From an uncultured Rhodothermales bacterium (GTDB lineage: Bacteria > Bacteroidota > Rhodothermia > Rhodothermales > UBA10348), in NCBI GenBank assembly GCA_964466675.1, contig CAYXSE010000002.1, positions 5,679-54,588 on the forward strand: a stretch of DNA of 48,910 bases, in the 5' to 3' direction. A program made the translations under genes and the position numbers. Under the pieces are notes generated by a model. That model worked only from the letters and a program-made list of their open reading frames with translations. It was not told where the DNA came from and searched no databases. Numbering within the stretch: position 1 is the stretch's first letter; the number at the start of each line of letters is the position of its first letter. Below, one piece after another: positions 27,662 to 35,395 of the stretch.

Positions 27662-27724
27662 GTCCCTATCGCCCCATACCGGCAGGCGGGAAGTGAGCTC
27701 ATATCGCCCCATATCGGCAGGCGG
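27656..27724 (+). repeat. 34-nt tandem direct repeat (30/34 identical, period 35) spanning the paralog-1 stop and the paralog-2 start
   Basis: AAGTGAGTCCCTATCGCCCCATACCGGCAGGCGG (27656-27689) versus AAGTGAGCTCATATCGCCCCATATCGGCAGGCGG (27691-27724), aligned by eye. Confidence 0.9.
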
Positions 27725-28226
27725 TGGCCGAGGAGGCTTGGCGGCCCTCACCTTGGTCGCCGTACTGGCAGGGTGCAACCCGTTTGCTCCCGCGCTGGAT
27801 TCGGGTGCCGCCTTCGGAGATCTGTTGGGTGACCCTACCACCACCAACGGCTTCTTTACCAATTTTCAGAACGCGTACGAACTCAGGGATCTGTCCCTCT
27901 ATGAACCGCTGTTGGACTCCTCCTTCGTGTTTGTATGGCGAGATTTTGATGCGCAGGTGGACCGCGAATGGGGGTTCGCCGAGGACCTGGAGACCACCAG
28001 GCGACTCTTCGCCAATGCGAGTCTCATCAGACTTCAGTGGAATCAGATTCTGGCAAGAGACCTGTTCGGGACTCAAGAACGAATCATTCGTTCTTTCAAC
28101 CTGACCATCACGCTGGAGCAGGGAGAGGTCTTCAGAGGCGATGGCAACGTCAACTTCCTTCTGGGTCGGGCCGATTCGACCGCCGCCTGGAAACTCCTCC
28201 GCTGGCGGGACGAGAGCGACTTTTAG
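27693..28226 (+). CDS. lipoprotein of unknown function (paralog 2)
   Basis: Lipobox VLAGC; 177 aa. The only in-frame start is GTG 27693, which lies inside the second copy of a 34-nt tandem repeat. Confidence 0.6.
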   Translation: MSSYRPISAGGGRGGLAALTLVAVLAGCNPFAPALDSGAAFGDLLGDPTTTNGFFTNFQNAYELRDLSLYEPLLDSSFVFVWRDFDAQVDREWGFAEDLETTRRLFANASLIRLQWNQILARDLFGTQERIIRSFNLTITLEQGEVFRGDGNVNFLLGRADSTAAWKLLRWRDESDF

Positions 28227-28262
28227 AATCGCTAGATTCCAGCCCGCGATGCAAGAACCTTG

Positions 28263-28318
28263 TCGACCCAACTCTATCGACCCACCTCCCTCGACTCAAC
28301 TCTATCGACCCAAATGGA
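28263..28318 (+). repeat. four phased 14-nt units TCGAC(C/T)CA+6 running into the start codon of the M20 peptidase
   Basis: Units are TCGACCCAACTCTA, TCGACCCACCTCCC, TCGACTCAACTCTA, TCGACCCAAATGGA, starting at 28263, 28277, 28291 and 28305. ATG 28314 lies in unit 4. Confidence 0.9.
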
Positions 28319-29681
28319 CCAGGCCCTCGAATACGCAGCCAAACATCAGGAAACCTTTGTCGGCGAGCTTGAAGACTTCCTGAGAATCCCGTCCGTAAGT
28401 ACAGATCCCGGATACGCTGACGATGTCCGTCGGGCCGCGGAATGGATGGTGAGCCATTTCGAAGGCCTGGGCTTCGAGACCGTCGAACTGGTGGAGACGG
28501 ACGGGCATCCCATCGTCTTTGCCGAGTACGTTGCCGATCCGAGTCTGCCAACGCTGCTTGTGTATGGCCACTACGATGTTCAGCCTGCGGACCCACTCGA
28601 ACTCTGGGACTCTCCACCGTTTGAGCCCGTACGGAAGGGCAATCTGCTCTACGCCAGAGGCGCGTGCGACGACAAGGGGCAAGTATTCATGCATCTTAAG
28701 GCGGCGGAGGCCTACCTCAGGACCTCGGGCTCGCTTCCGCTGAACATCAAGTACATCATCGAGGGCGAGGAGGAGTGTGGATCAACGCACCTGGGCGGGT
28801 TCATCGAGAACAACGCGGAAAAGCTCAAGGCCGACGTTGTCATGGTTTCCGACACTGCACTCTTCGCGCCGGGAGTTCCCTCCATTTGTTATGGGCTGCG
28901 GGGTCTGGCCTACGTCGAGGTGACACTCACCGGCCCCGATCGTGATCTCCACTCCGGCGTCTATGGCGGCGCGGTAGAGAACCCCATCAATGTCCTGGCT
29001 CGCATGATTTCGGATCTGCATGATGCAGACCACAAGGTTGCCATCCCGGGGTTTTACGACATGGTCCGTCCGCTGTCGGATGAGGAGCGGGCCGGATTCG
29101 CCGCCCTTCCTTTCGATGTGCAGAACTGGGCTGGCGAGGTGGGGGTGAAAGTGACTCGAACCGAAGCCGGATATAGCGCCTTCGAGGGTTCAACCGCGCG
29201 GCCTACCCTCGACTGCAACGGTATCTGGGGTGGGTACACGGGCAAAGGAGCCAAGACGGTACTACCTTCCCAGGCCAGCGCCAAAATCTCGATGCGCCTG
29301 GTCCCCGACCAGACTCCAGACGAGATCGTTGGCAAGATTCGGGATTACTTCGAAGCCAACATTCCAGACACCATGACCCTGAGTTTTTCCGACCTCCACG
29401 GAGGACACGGAGTCCTTGTGGATACGAGTAGCCCCGCGATGGAGGCGGCCTCGGAAGCGCTGGAGAGCGTCTACAACAAGAAACCCGTGTTCGTTCGGGG
29501 GGGCGGAAGCATCCCGGTGGTGGCAGAATTCAAGACGCTTCTGGGCCTGGATACCGTACTCATGGGCTTCGGCCTGGACTCAGACTCCATTCACTCGCCC
29601 AACGAGTGCTTCGGACTGGATCGGTTCGAAGAGGGCATCCAGTCTATCATTCGTTTCATGACCCTATACGCCCGGCGGTAG
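28314..29681 (+). CDS. M20-family dipeptidase / metallohydrolase
   Basis: LLVYGHYDVQP, ARGACDDKG, IEGEEECGS and a C-terminal HSPNE context. ATG 28314 (MDQALEYAAKHQETFV...) is preferred over the ORF-track start at 28260. Confidence 0.92.
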   Translation: MDQALEYAAKHQETFVGELEDFLRIPSVSTDPGYADDVRRAAEWMVSHFEGLGFETVELVETDGHPIVFAEYVADPSLPTLLVYGHYDVQPADPLELWDSPPFEPVRKGNLLYARGACDDKGQVFMHLKAAEAYLRTSGSLPLNIKYIIEGEEECGSTHLGGFIENNAEKLKADVVMVSDTALFAPGVPSICYGLRGLAYVEVTLTGPDRDLHSGVYGGAVENPINVLARMISDLHDADHKVAIPGFYDMVRPLSDEERAGFAALPFDVQNWAGEVGVKVTRTEAGYSAFEGSTARPTLDCNGIWGGYTGKGAKTVLPSQASAKISMRLVPDQTPDEIVGKIRDYFEANIPDTMTLSFSDLHGGHGVLVDTSSPAMEAASEALESVYNKKPVFVRGGGSIPVVAEFKTLLGLDTVLMGFGLDSDSIHSPNECFGLDRFEEGIQSIIRFMTLYARR

Positions 29682-29704
29682 CTCCGCTGCAAGCCAAACA
29701 CCCA

Positions 29705-30901
29705 TCACGAGGAAGGGCGACTCGTCTGGCCGATCAACTCCACGGCTACCTCCGGATAGAGGACTCCTCTGTCGTCCAAGACCGGCGCTGCCCCGCCCCT
29801 CAGATACCGATCGAAAAAGGCCAACGACCAGTCATTGATCACCGTCAGATTTCGGAATGCATCGATCGCGCCTGGCGGCCGGGTGCTCGCGGCTCTCACA
29901 TCGATGGGCACATCCCCCAACTCGAGCAGGAGAGGCAGGTCGGTAAAGCTGTAGTGGGTGGTGCCTTGCACGGTCAACGAAAGACCCGGTCCGGTTAGTC
30001 GATCTGCCACAGCACTCTGAACGAATTCGGAAGCGCTTGCAAAGAAGAGCAGCAGTGGATCGTTCACGCCGACGCCTTCAGCGGCCTCGCCTACCTGCGG
30101 ACCATCCAGGGACACCGCCGCGGTGAACCGGTCGTCAAACGTGTGCACCTCCGCCGCCGCCGAGCCACCGGTCGAATGCCCAATGGCACCCACACGAGAC
30201 AGATCCAAGCGCCCGGTGAGCAGACCGGCCGGGTCGTTCGCATTCAAAAGCGTTAACTCGTCCAAGACGGATACCATGTCTTCGGCCCAGATCCGGACGA
30301 TAGTGGGGAATTCCGGAGCCGAAACCCCCGTCCTGATGGATTTGATGGTGCCGTCGGGAAAAACAGTCGCGAAGGCACCGTACGTGTGATCGATCCCGAC
30401 CACCAGAAACCCCTGACTCGCCAGTTCTGCAGCAAACGTCGTGTATAGACTGTTGACCCCTGCGAGCCCATGAGACCAGAAAACGATGGGTAGTTGGGAC
30501 ACGACGGATGTTATGGGGGCCCCTGAGGTGGTCTGCGTGCCAAGCGTCGAGATGATCGCGGCCATCTCCTCCGGCGGCAGGTAGTCTTGGGTCACCGAGA
30601 ACAGGTCCGTGACAACCGGATGCAGATAGGAAACGGTGCCCAAGCCCTCCTCATCGGCCGGGTACCAGATCTTGACGTTCAGCTCCCGCTGGTCCGATTC
30701 CGGCGTGTAGGCATCATCGCGATCGGCGTCCACGACAAAAATGGAGCTGGTCCCCACCAGGAAAGGCCCGGTAGTCGCCGGAAGAGCCACGGAGGCGACC
30801 AACGGGTTCTCGTCCTCAATCCCCGATGAGACAAGCTCACAGGCTGAAATCAAGAGCATTGCCGGCAGAGCCAGCCAAAGGGTCCGAGACATGGGGGCCA
30901 T
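29705..30901 (-). CDS. alpha/beta-hydrolase lipoprotein, PAF-acetylhydrolase-like
   Basis: Lipobox LLISAC. VFWSHGLAGVNSLYTTFAAELASQGFLVVGIDHTYGA resembles the PAF-AH family block, and the nucleophile elbow is GHSTGG. Confidence 0.7.
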   Translation of the reverse strand: MAPMSRTLWLALPAMLLISACELVSSGIEDENPLVASVALPATTGPFLVGTSSIFVVDADRDDAYTPESDQRELNVKIWYPADEEGLGTVSYLHPVVTDLFSVTQDYLPPEEMAAIISTLGTQTTSGAPITSVVSQLPIVFWSHGLAGVNSLYTTFAAELASQGFLVVGIDHTYGAFATVFPDGTIKSIRTGVSAPEFPTIVRIWAEDMVSVLDELTLLNANDPAGLLTGRLDLSRVGAIGHSTGGSAAAEVHTFDDRFTAAVSLDGPQVGEAAEGVGVNDPLLLFFASASEFVQSAVADRLTGPGLSLTVQGTTHYSFTDLPLLLELGDVPIDVRAASTRPPGAIDAFRNLTVINDWSLAFFDRYLRGGAAPVLDDRGVLYPEVAVELIGQTSRPSS

Positions 30902-31078
30902 CGAGTTGCTCCGCGAAAACGCGGGTGATGAGGTCAGTTCTGGAGCGGCGCCAGAACGTAGAGGGTCAGGTCGTCCACGAATCCAGGGGCTTCGAGAGCG
31001 AATGCTGCGGGCCCGTACCCGGTTGCACGCGTCCGGGTTTCTTAGCTTCCCGGTGTCACCCCTACTGATTCAACTTTG

Positions 31079-32035
31079 ATGCCCATCGTTCTCGGCATAG
31101 ACGGAGGCGGCAGTTCTACACGCGCCGTCCTGGCCTCAGATTCCGGAGATGTACTCGGGCATGGGGCGGGAGGCCCGTCCAATCTTCTGAGTGTGGGCCG
31201 AGAACAGACCGCGGCATCCCTCGAAGAAGCCGTAGGTCTGGCTTGGGCCGATTCAGGACTGGACCGGCGCGAGGCCGATGTCGCCGTGCTGGGATTGGCT
31301 GGGTTGACACTGCCTCAGCACCGGAATGTGATCTCCGTTCTCGCCGCAGAGTTGGGCTTGGCGAGCGCCGTACGCGTGGAACACGACCTTCACATCGCGC
31401 TAGCCGGTGGCCTGGCAGGGGACCCGGGGATCGTCCTGGTTGCGGGTACGGGCGCGGCCTGTTTCGCCAGAAGCAAAATGGGAAAAACGGCTCTCGTTGG
31501 TGGAAAGGGGGCGTTGGCCGGCGACTCCGGCAGCGCCTACTGGGTCGCCCACCGAGCAGTCCGAATCGCGGTCAAACAGCTGGACGGACGGCTGCCAGAG
31601 TCTGAGCTGTGTCAGACCGTCCTGTCATTCCTGGGAGTGGCTAGAGAGGGTGACTTCGTATCGAAGCTCCGAGCGCTGACCACCCCGGAGATTGCCAGGC
31701 TGTGTCCCCTCGTTGTTCGACTTGGTATCGATGGGGATGACGCGGCGCGCCAGATCGTCGCGGGGGCCGAGGCCGCCCTGGCAGACATGGCCCGGACTGC
31801 CGCCCGCCAGGCCGACCTATCGGAGCCGAAACTGATCCTGACCGGTGGTCTCGCCCGTTCCCTGGGGTTTCGACCCGGTCTCGAGGCCGCCGTCGCGGCC
31901 GGCCTCCCCGGCGTCACCTTCCCCGGGCGTACGCTCTCGCCGGTTGGCGGAGCGGTTCTCGAGGCACTCCGCGAGCTGGGCGCCCCAATAGACCGAGACA
32001 CGCTGAAGCGGCTGGAAAGCCTTACCGTACGATGA
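31079..32035 (+). CDS. BadF/BadG/BcrA/BcrD-type ATPase (N-acetylglucosamine kinase-like)
   Basis: Phosphate-1 motif LGIDGGGSSTR, later GTGAACF and GDSGSAYW. The start is ATG 31079 or TTG 31076. Confidence 0.85.
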   Translation: MPIVLGIDGGGSSTRAVLASDSGDVLGHGAGGPSNLLSVGREQTAASLEEAVGLAWADSGLDRREADVAVLGLAGLTLPQHRNVISVLAAELGLASAVRVEHDLHIALAGGLAGDPGIVLVAGTGAACFARSKMGKTALVGGKGALAGDSGSAYWVAHRAVRIAVKQLDGRLPESELCQTVLSFLGVAREGDFVSKLRALTTPEIARLCPLVVRLGIDGDDAARQIVAGAEAALADMARTAARQADLSEPKLILTGGLARSLGFRPGLEAAVAAGLPGVTFPGRTLSPVGGAVLEALRELGAPIDRDTLKRLESLTVR

Positions 32036-34925
32036 CCAGTGGCTGCAATCTGACTTGGCCCGACGCCTCGAGACGGGCGAAATACGTGCCCGCAGGCAAT
32101 TGGGATGCGTCCACTCGGACGGTATGCGATCCGGCCTCCCGAAGCCTGCCGCGCTCCACCACGGCCACCCGCTGGCCGAGTGTGTTGAACAGCACCAAGC
32201 TCACGCGGCTAGCCCTCGGCAACTCGTACGTCAGCGTGGTGGTTGTGGCGAACGGATTCGGAAAGGACGGCGAGAGTGTAAACTCGGCCGGCAACTCATC
32301 GCCCTCAACGGCCGTGGGCGCACTGTCGATTCCGAAGTATTCCAGGATCCGATCCAGGAGTACAACCCGGGTACTCGGAGCCGCGCCGTCATCCAGATGC
32401 CCGAGGGCATAGGATGACACAAACGTCTTCCCTCCTGCCAGCGTCTCGTTCTGGACGGCCACCGGATCGAACCCATCCACCACGAAAGCGGCGATCGCGG
32501 GCGCCTGTGGGGTGAACTGGTCTATCCAGGTAGTTCCGGTCTGGGACGTACCCAAAAACAACATTCCGTCCGTCAGGGCCCCTGTCTGGCCTGCCAGGAT
32601 TACCGGAGGGATGGGGCTATTCGCCCCGTCAACCACTCCTGCCAGGCCGAAGAGTGCCAGGAAAGCACTGTTCGATCGCTGATCGAATCCCAATGCCTCA
32701 CTGCCCTCCAGGTATACCGACCCGCCCGCCTCGATGTATTCCGTCAACTGGGTCGCCATGATGTCGGAGAGTTGGGTGGCGCCGGTCGAGAACGACCCCA
32801 GACTCAGGAACACCGCATCATAACCGGTCAACGGAGCATGCATCTGATCGGAATGGGCGTACGCGCTGATCACCCCACGGCTCAGAAACTGGTTGCGCAG
32901 GTAGTCACCACTTCGGTCAAACTTGCCCGGCCCACCCTGCCAGAGGTAGACCCCCTCGTTGACCGATATGAAGTCCTGCCGAGTAATTGTGGTTTCGTTG
33001 GCACCGGCCGTCACAGTAAGTGACACCGTGTACAACCCGGGCTCCGTGTACGTGAAATCCTCCAACTGGCCGGTTGCGTCGGTCACCCCATCGCCATCGA
33101 AATCCCAGGCCCGAGCCGAGATGCTCGGCCCCACGGAAGCCGAAACGTCCGTGAACGAGACCGTCAGAGGTAGGGGCCCGGCAGTCCTGGAGACGGCAAA
33201 ATTCGCTTGCAGGATGTAGCCCCTTCTGAGAAACACTTCAGAGATGACGCTCGAGTTCGCTCCGCCGTTCAGGAGCGAGTCTGCCTGAAGAAAGGCGAAC
33301 GCTGCATCCGCCTGAGAGGACGCGGAGCCGGTCATGGACATGGCCTCCAGCATCAGAAGGTCGGTTGTCTCGCGTCCCAGCAACTCCCAAATTTCCATCA
33401 CAGACGACGCCCAGATTTGACCGTCTGTGTGTATCTGGTCTACCAGGCCCTCCGGATAGTGAGCTTCATACGCCGCCGTCCGGCCCGACCAGAATTCATT
33501 GTGACCGTCCCAGTGGAATACCCAGGCTCGCTGATCATCGGCCTCGTCCCAGGACCCCGTGCCGCGGCTGTAGGAGTTGGCCCAATAGTCGCCGAAACCC
33601 TCGCTCAGCCCCTCCACCTGTGAGAGTCCGCCGTTCGTGACCCAGTCGTGAAGGCCGTGTCCAAGTTCATGGAGCAGCACGTCGGCGTCCTCCGCGTCAT
33701 CGACACCGCCCTCGCCGAAGGTCAGGGAGCCAACTCCGCCAGAATAGAAGGACTGATCTTGGCCGTTGGCTCCGTGAGGATCGATCAGGACTCCTCCCGT
33801 GTATTGAGTCGGCATGAGGGCGAAGCCCAGCGTCTCGTTGATGTAACGCATCGACTTGTCGATGTGGTAGTAGGCATTTACCGCCTCAAAAGCGTCCTCC
33901 CCCCTCGTGAAATGCCAATCGGAGGTGAGTTGGGCAAAGTTGCTGTCGATCGGAACCTCGGTGTCGTGAATCCGGGCGTAGGGTCCCTCCAGGAAGTAGG
34001 TCGTGCCATCGAAGGTGATATCCCGAAGCGTGACCTGGACCAACTGGTCGGTGAGTTCCTGCGAGTCCGCATCATCGTTGTCGGTGATGGCCGCTCCATA
34101 GACACCGCGAGAGCTGGACAAAGGATCGGGGTCGAATACCCAGCCCGAGCCGTCGGTGCGAAAACGGGTGCCATCTACAGCGGGCTCTGTGTCGGGGATG
34201 GAGAGAGGTGCCTGGCGATGAGTGCCTGGATTGGCCTGGTCGGCGTGATCGGCGTGATCGGCCGGCCTTCCTCTGGTGGTCTGCGCGCGGTTCATGGCTC
34301 GGAATATCTCCCCTGAGTCCGCGTCTATCAGCACTTCCCAATCACCCTGGAGTGACTCCTGAGCCACGAGTTCGACCTTGTGCGCCACCCGGGCGCGGCT
34401 CCCGTACGGGTAGACCACGGTAGAGACACGCTCCAGCTGCGGACGGGTCGTGATTCCGAGGTAATCGCGGGCGGCGGACACCGCCGCTGCCGTCGACTTC
34501 GGGGCTGGAGAGGAAACACGAAGCCCCGGCCTGAACCCGTTGACCACGAATGCGACGCGGCCAGAGTGGCTCAGCGATATCACGATGTCAGAATGAAAAA
34601 CCTGCATCCCGGAGACGACCTGCTTGAACCGGACCCGGAAACCCCCTGGTGTCTCTCGGGTGGCGGTATGAATCACGGCCGAGGCATCGATGCCCAGTTC
34701 GGCACCCCTATTGGCCAGGTACTCGCGAGCCCGGGCCTCGGGGGTCGCCGCCGCGGACCGGTACGCTGTCCCGAACACCACCAGAGGAAATCCCGTCTGC
34801 TCATTGATGCGCATGGATTCGGTGCTCGTGGAATGCACCTTCTCGTCAGGCCGAAATTCCTGAGGCTGCGCGAACGCGAGTACTGGGGCTAGCAGAAAGG
34901 CTGACAGGAGTGCGTATCTCCTCAT
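32022..34925 (-). CDS. T9SS-sorted thermolysin-clan zinc metalloprotease (M36/M4-like) with a PKD domain
   Basis: Signal peptide MRRYALLSAFLLAPVLAFAQ and a propeptide-like N-terminal region. Zinc site VLLHELGHGLHDW...EGLSEGFGDYWA. PKD-like WDFDGDGVTDATG...YTVSLTVT. C-terminal FPNPF...LPAGTYFARLE... matches the T9SS sorting domain. ATG 34925 overlaps the upstream stop (ATGA). Confidence 0.85.
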   Translation of the reverse strand: MRRYALLSAFLLAPVLAFAQPQEFRPDEKVHSTSTESMRINEQTGFPLVVFGTAYRSAAATPEARAREYLANRGAELGIDASAVIHTATRETPGGFRVRFKQVVSGMQVFHSDIVISLSHSGRVAFVVNGFRPGLRVSSPAPKSTAAAVSAARDYLGITTRPQLERVSTVVYPYGSRARVAHKVELVAQESLQGDWEVLIDADSGEIFRAMNRAQTTRGRPADHADHADQANPGTHRQAPLSIPDTEPAVDGTRFRTDGSGWVFDPDPLSSSRGVYGAAITDNDDADSQELTDQLVQVTLRDITFDGTTYFLEGPYARIHDTEVPIDSNFAQLTSDWHFTRGEDAFEAVNAYYHIDKSMRYINETLGFALMPTQYTGGVLIDPHGANGQDQSFYSGGVGSLTFGEGGVDDAEDADVLLHELGHGLHDWVTNGGLSQVEGLSEGFGDYWANSYSRGTGSWDEADDQRAWVFHWDGHNEFWSGRTAAYEAHYPEGLVDQIHTDGQIWASSVMEIWELLGRETTDLLMLEAMSMTGSASSQADAAFAFLQADSLLNGGANSSVISEVFLRRGYILQANFAVSRTAGPLPLTVSFTDVSASVGPSISARAWDFDGDGVTDATGQLEDFTYTEPGLYTVSLTVTAGANETTITRQDFISVNEGVYLWQGGPGKFDRSGDYLRNQFLSRGVISAYAHSDQMHAPLTGYDAVFLSLGSFSTGATQLSDIMATQLTEYIEAGGSVYLEGSEALGFDQRSNSAFLALFGLAGVVDGANSPIPPVILAGQTGALTDGMLFLGTSQTGTTWIDQFTPQAPAIAAFVVDGFDPVAVQNETLAGGKTFVSSYALGHLDDGAAPSTRVVLLDRILEYFGIDSAPTAVEGDELPAEFTLSPSFPNPFATTTTLTYELPRASRVSLVLFNTLGQRVAVVERGRLREAGSHTVRVDASQLPAGTYFARLEASGQVRLQPLVIVR

Positions 34926-35386
34926 GAGCCCTTGCGGAAAATGTGTTGGTATCGGTCGCAGCAACCTTCGTCGAGGATCAGCGCGCCCGTCTCGTCAAAT
35001 CGAACCCAGTGACCGGGCGGGTCTCCAATCGACGCCCATCCGATCGCAGCGGTTGTAGTCGGTCCGGACTCGAGTACGTATTGGACCCGAAGTCCCGAGT
35101 CGTCCTCGACCGTGGCGAACGTCCCGGCAACCCAGGATTCGCCGTCCTTCAGGAAGGTGAAGGACCCATCGGCGCCGAAAGTAGCGGTAATAGTGTACCC
35201 TTCGTCCCGAGAAGTCGACGCTCGGCCCATTTTCCCGCCAGAGGTCTCGATCCAAGTCCAGCTGCCTAGAATTGGGGCGTCCGCCTGCGATTCCCCTTGG
35301 CGAGATGTGGAGGTGCAGGCGGCGAGTCCTAGGAAGAGAATCAGGCGTAACGACTTCAAGGAATTCCTGGCTCTGGATGTTGGCAA
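34922..35386 (-). CDS. small lipoprotein of unknown function, translationally coupled to the metalloprotease
   Basis: Lipobox FLGLAAC; 154 aa; lipocalin/META-like GSWTWIETSG... start of the mature domain. It sits 9 nt downstream of the M14 gene and overlaps the protease start by 4 nt. Confidence 0.6.
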   Translation of the reverse strand: MPTSRARNSLKSLRLILFLGLAACTSTSRQGESQADAPILGSWTWIETSGGKMGRASTSRDEGYTITATFGADGSFTFLKDGESWVAGTFATVEDDSGLRVQYVLESGPTTTAAIGWASIGDPPGHWVRFDETGALILDEGCCDRYQHIFRKGS

Positions 35387-35395
35387 TTTAGCGGA

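Noticed and set aside
28263-28318. Possible CRISPR-like array (also considered for 27656-27724)
   Set aside because: The units are 14 nt (or 34 nt) and directly abutting, without unique spacers. No cas genes are in the window. These are simple tandem repeats.
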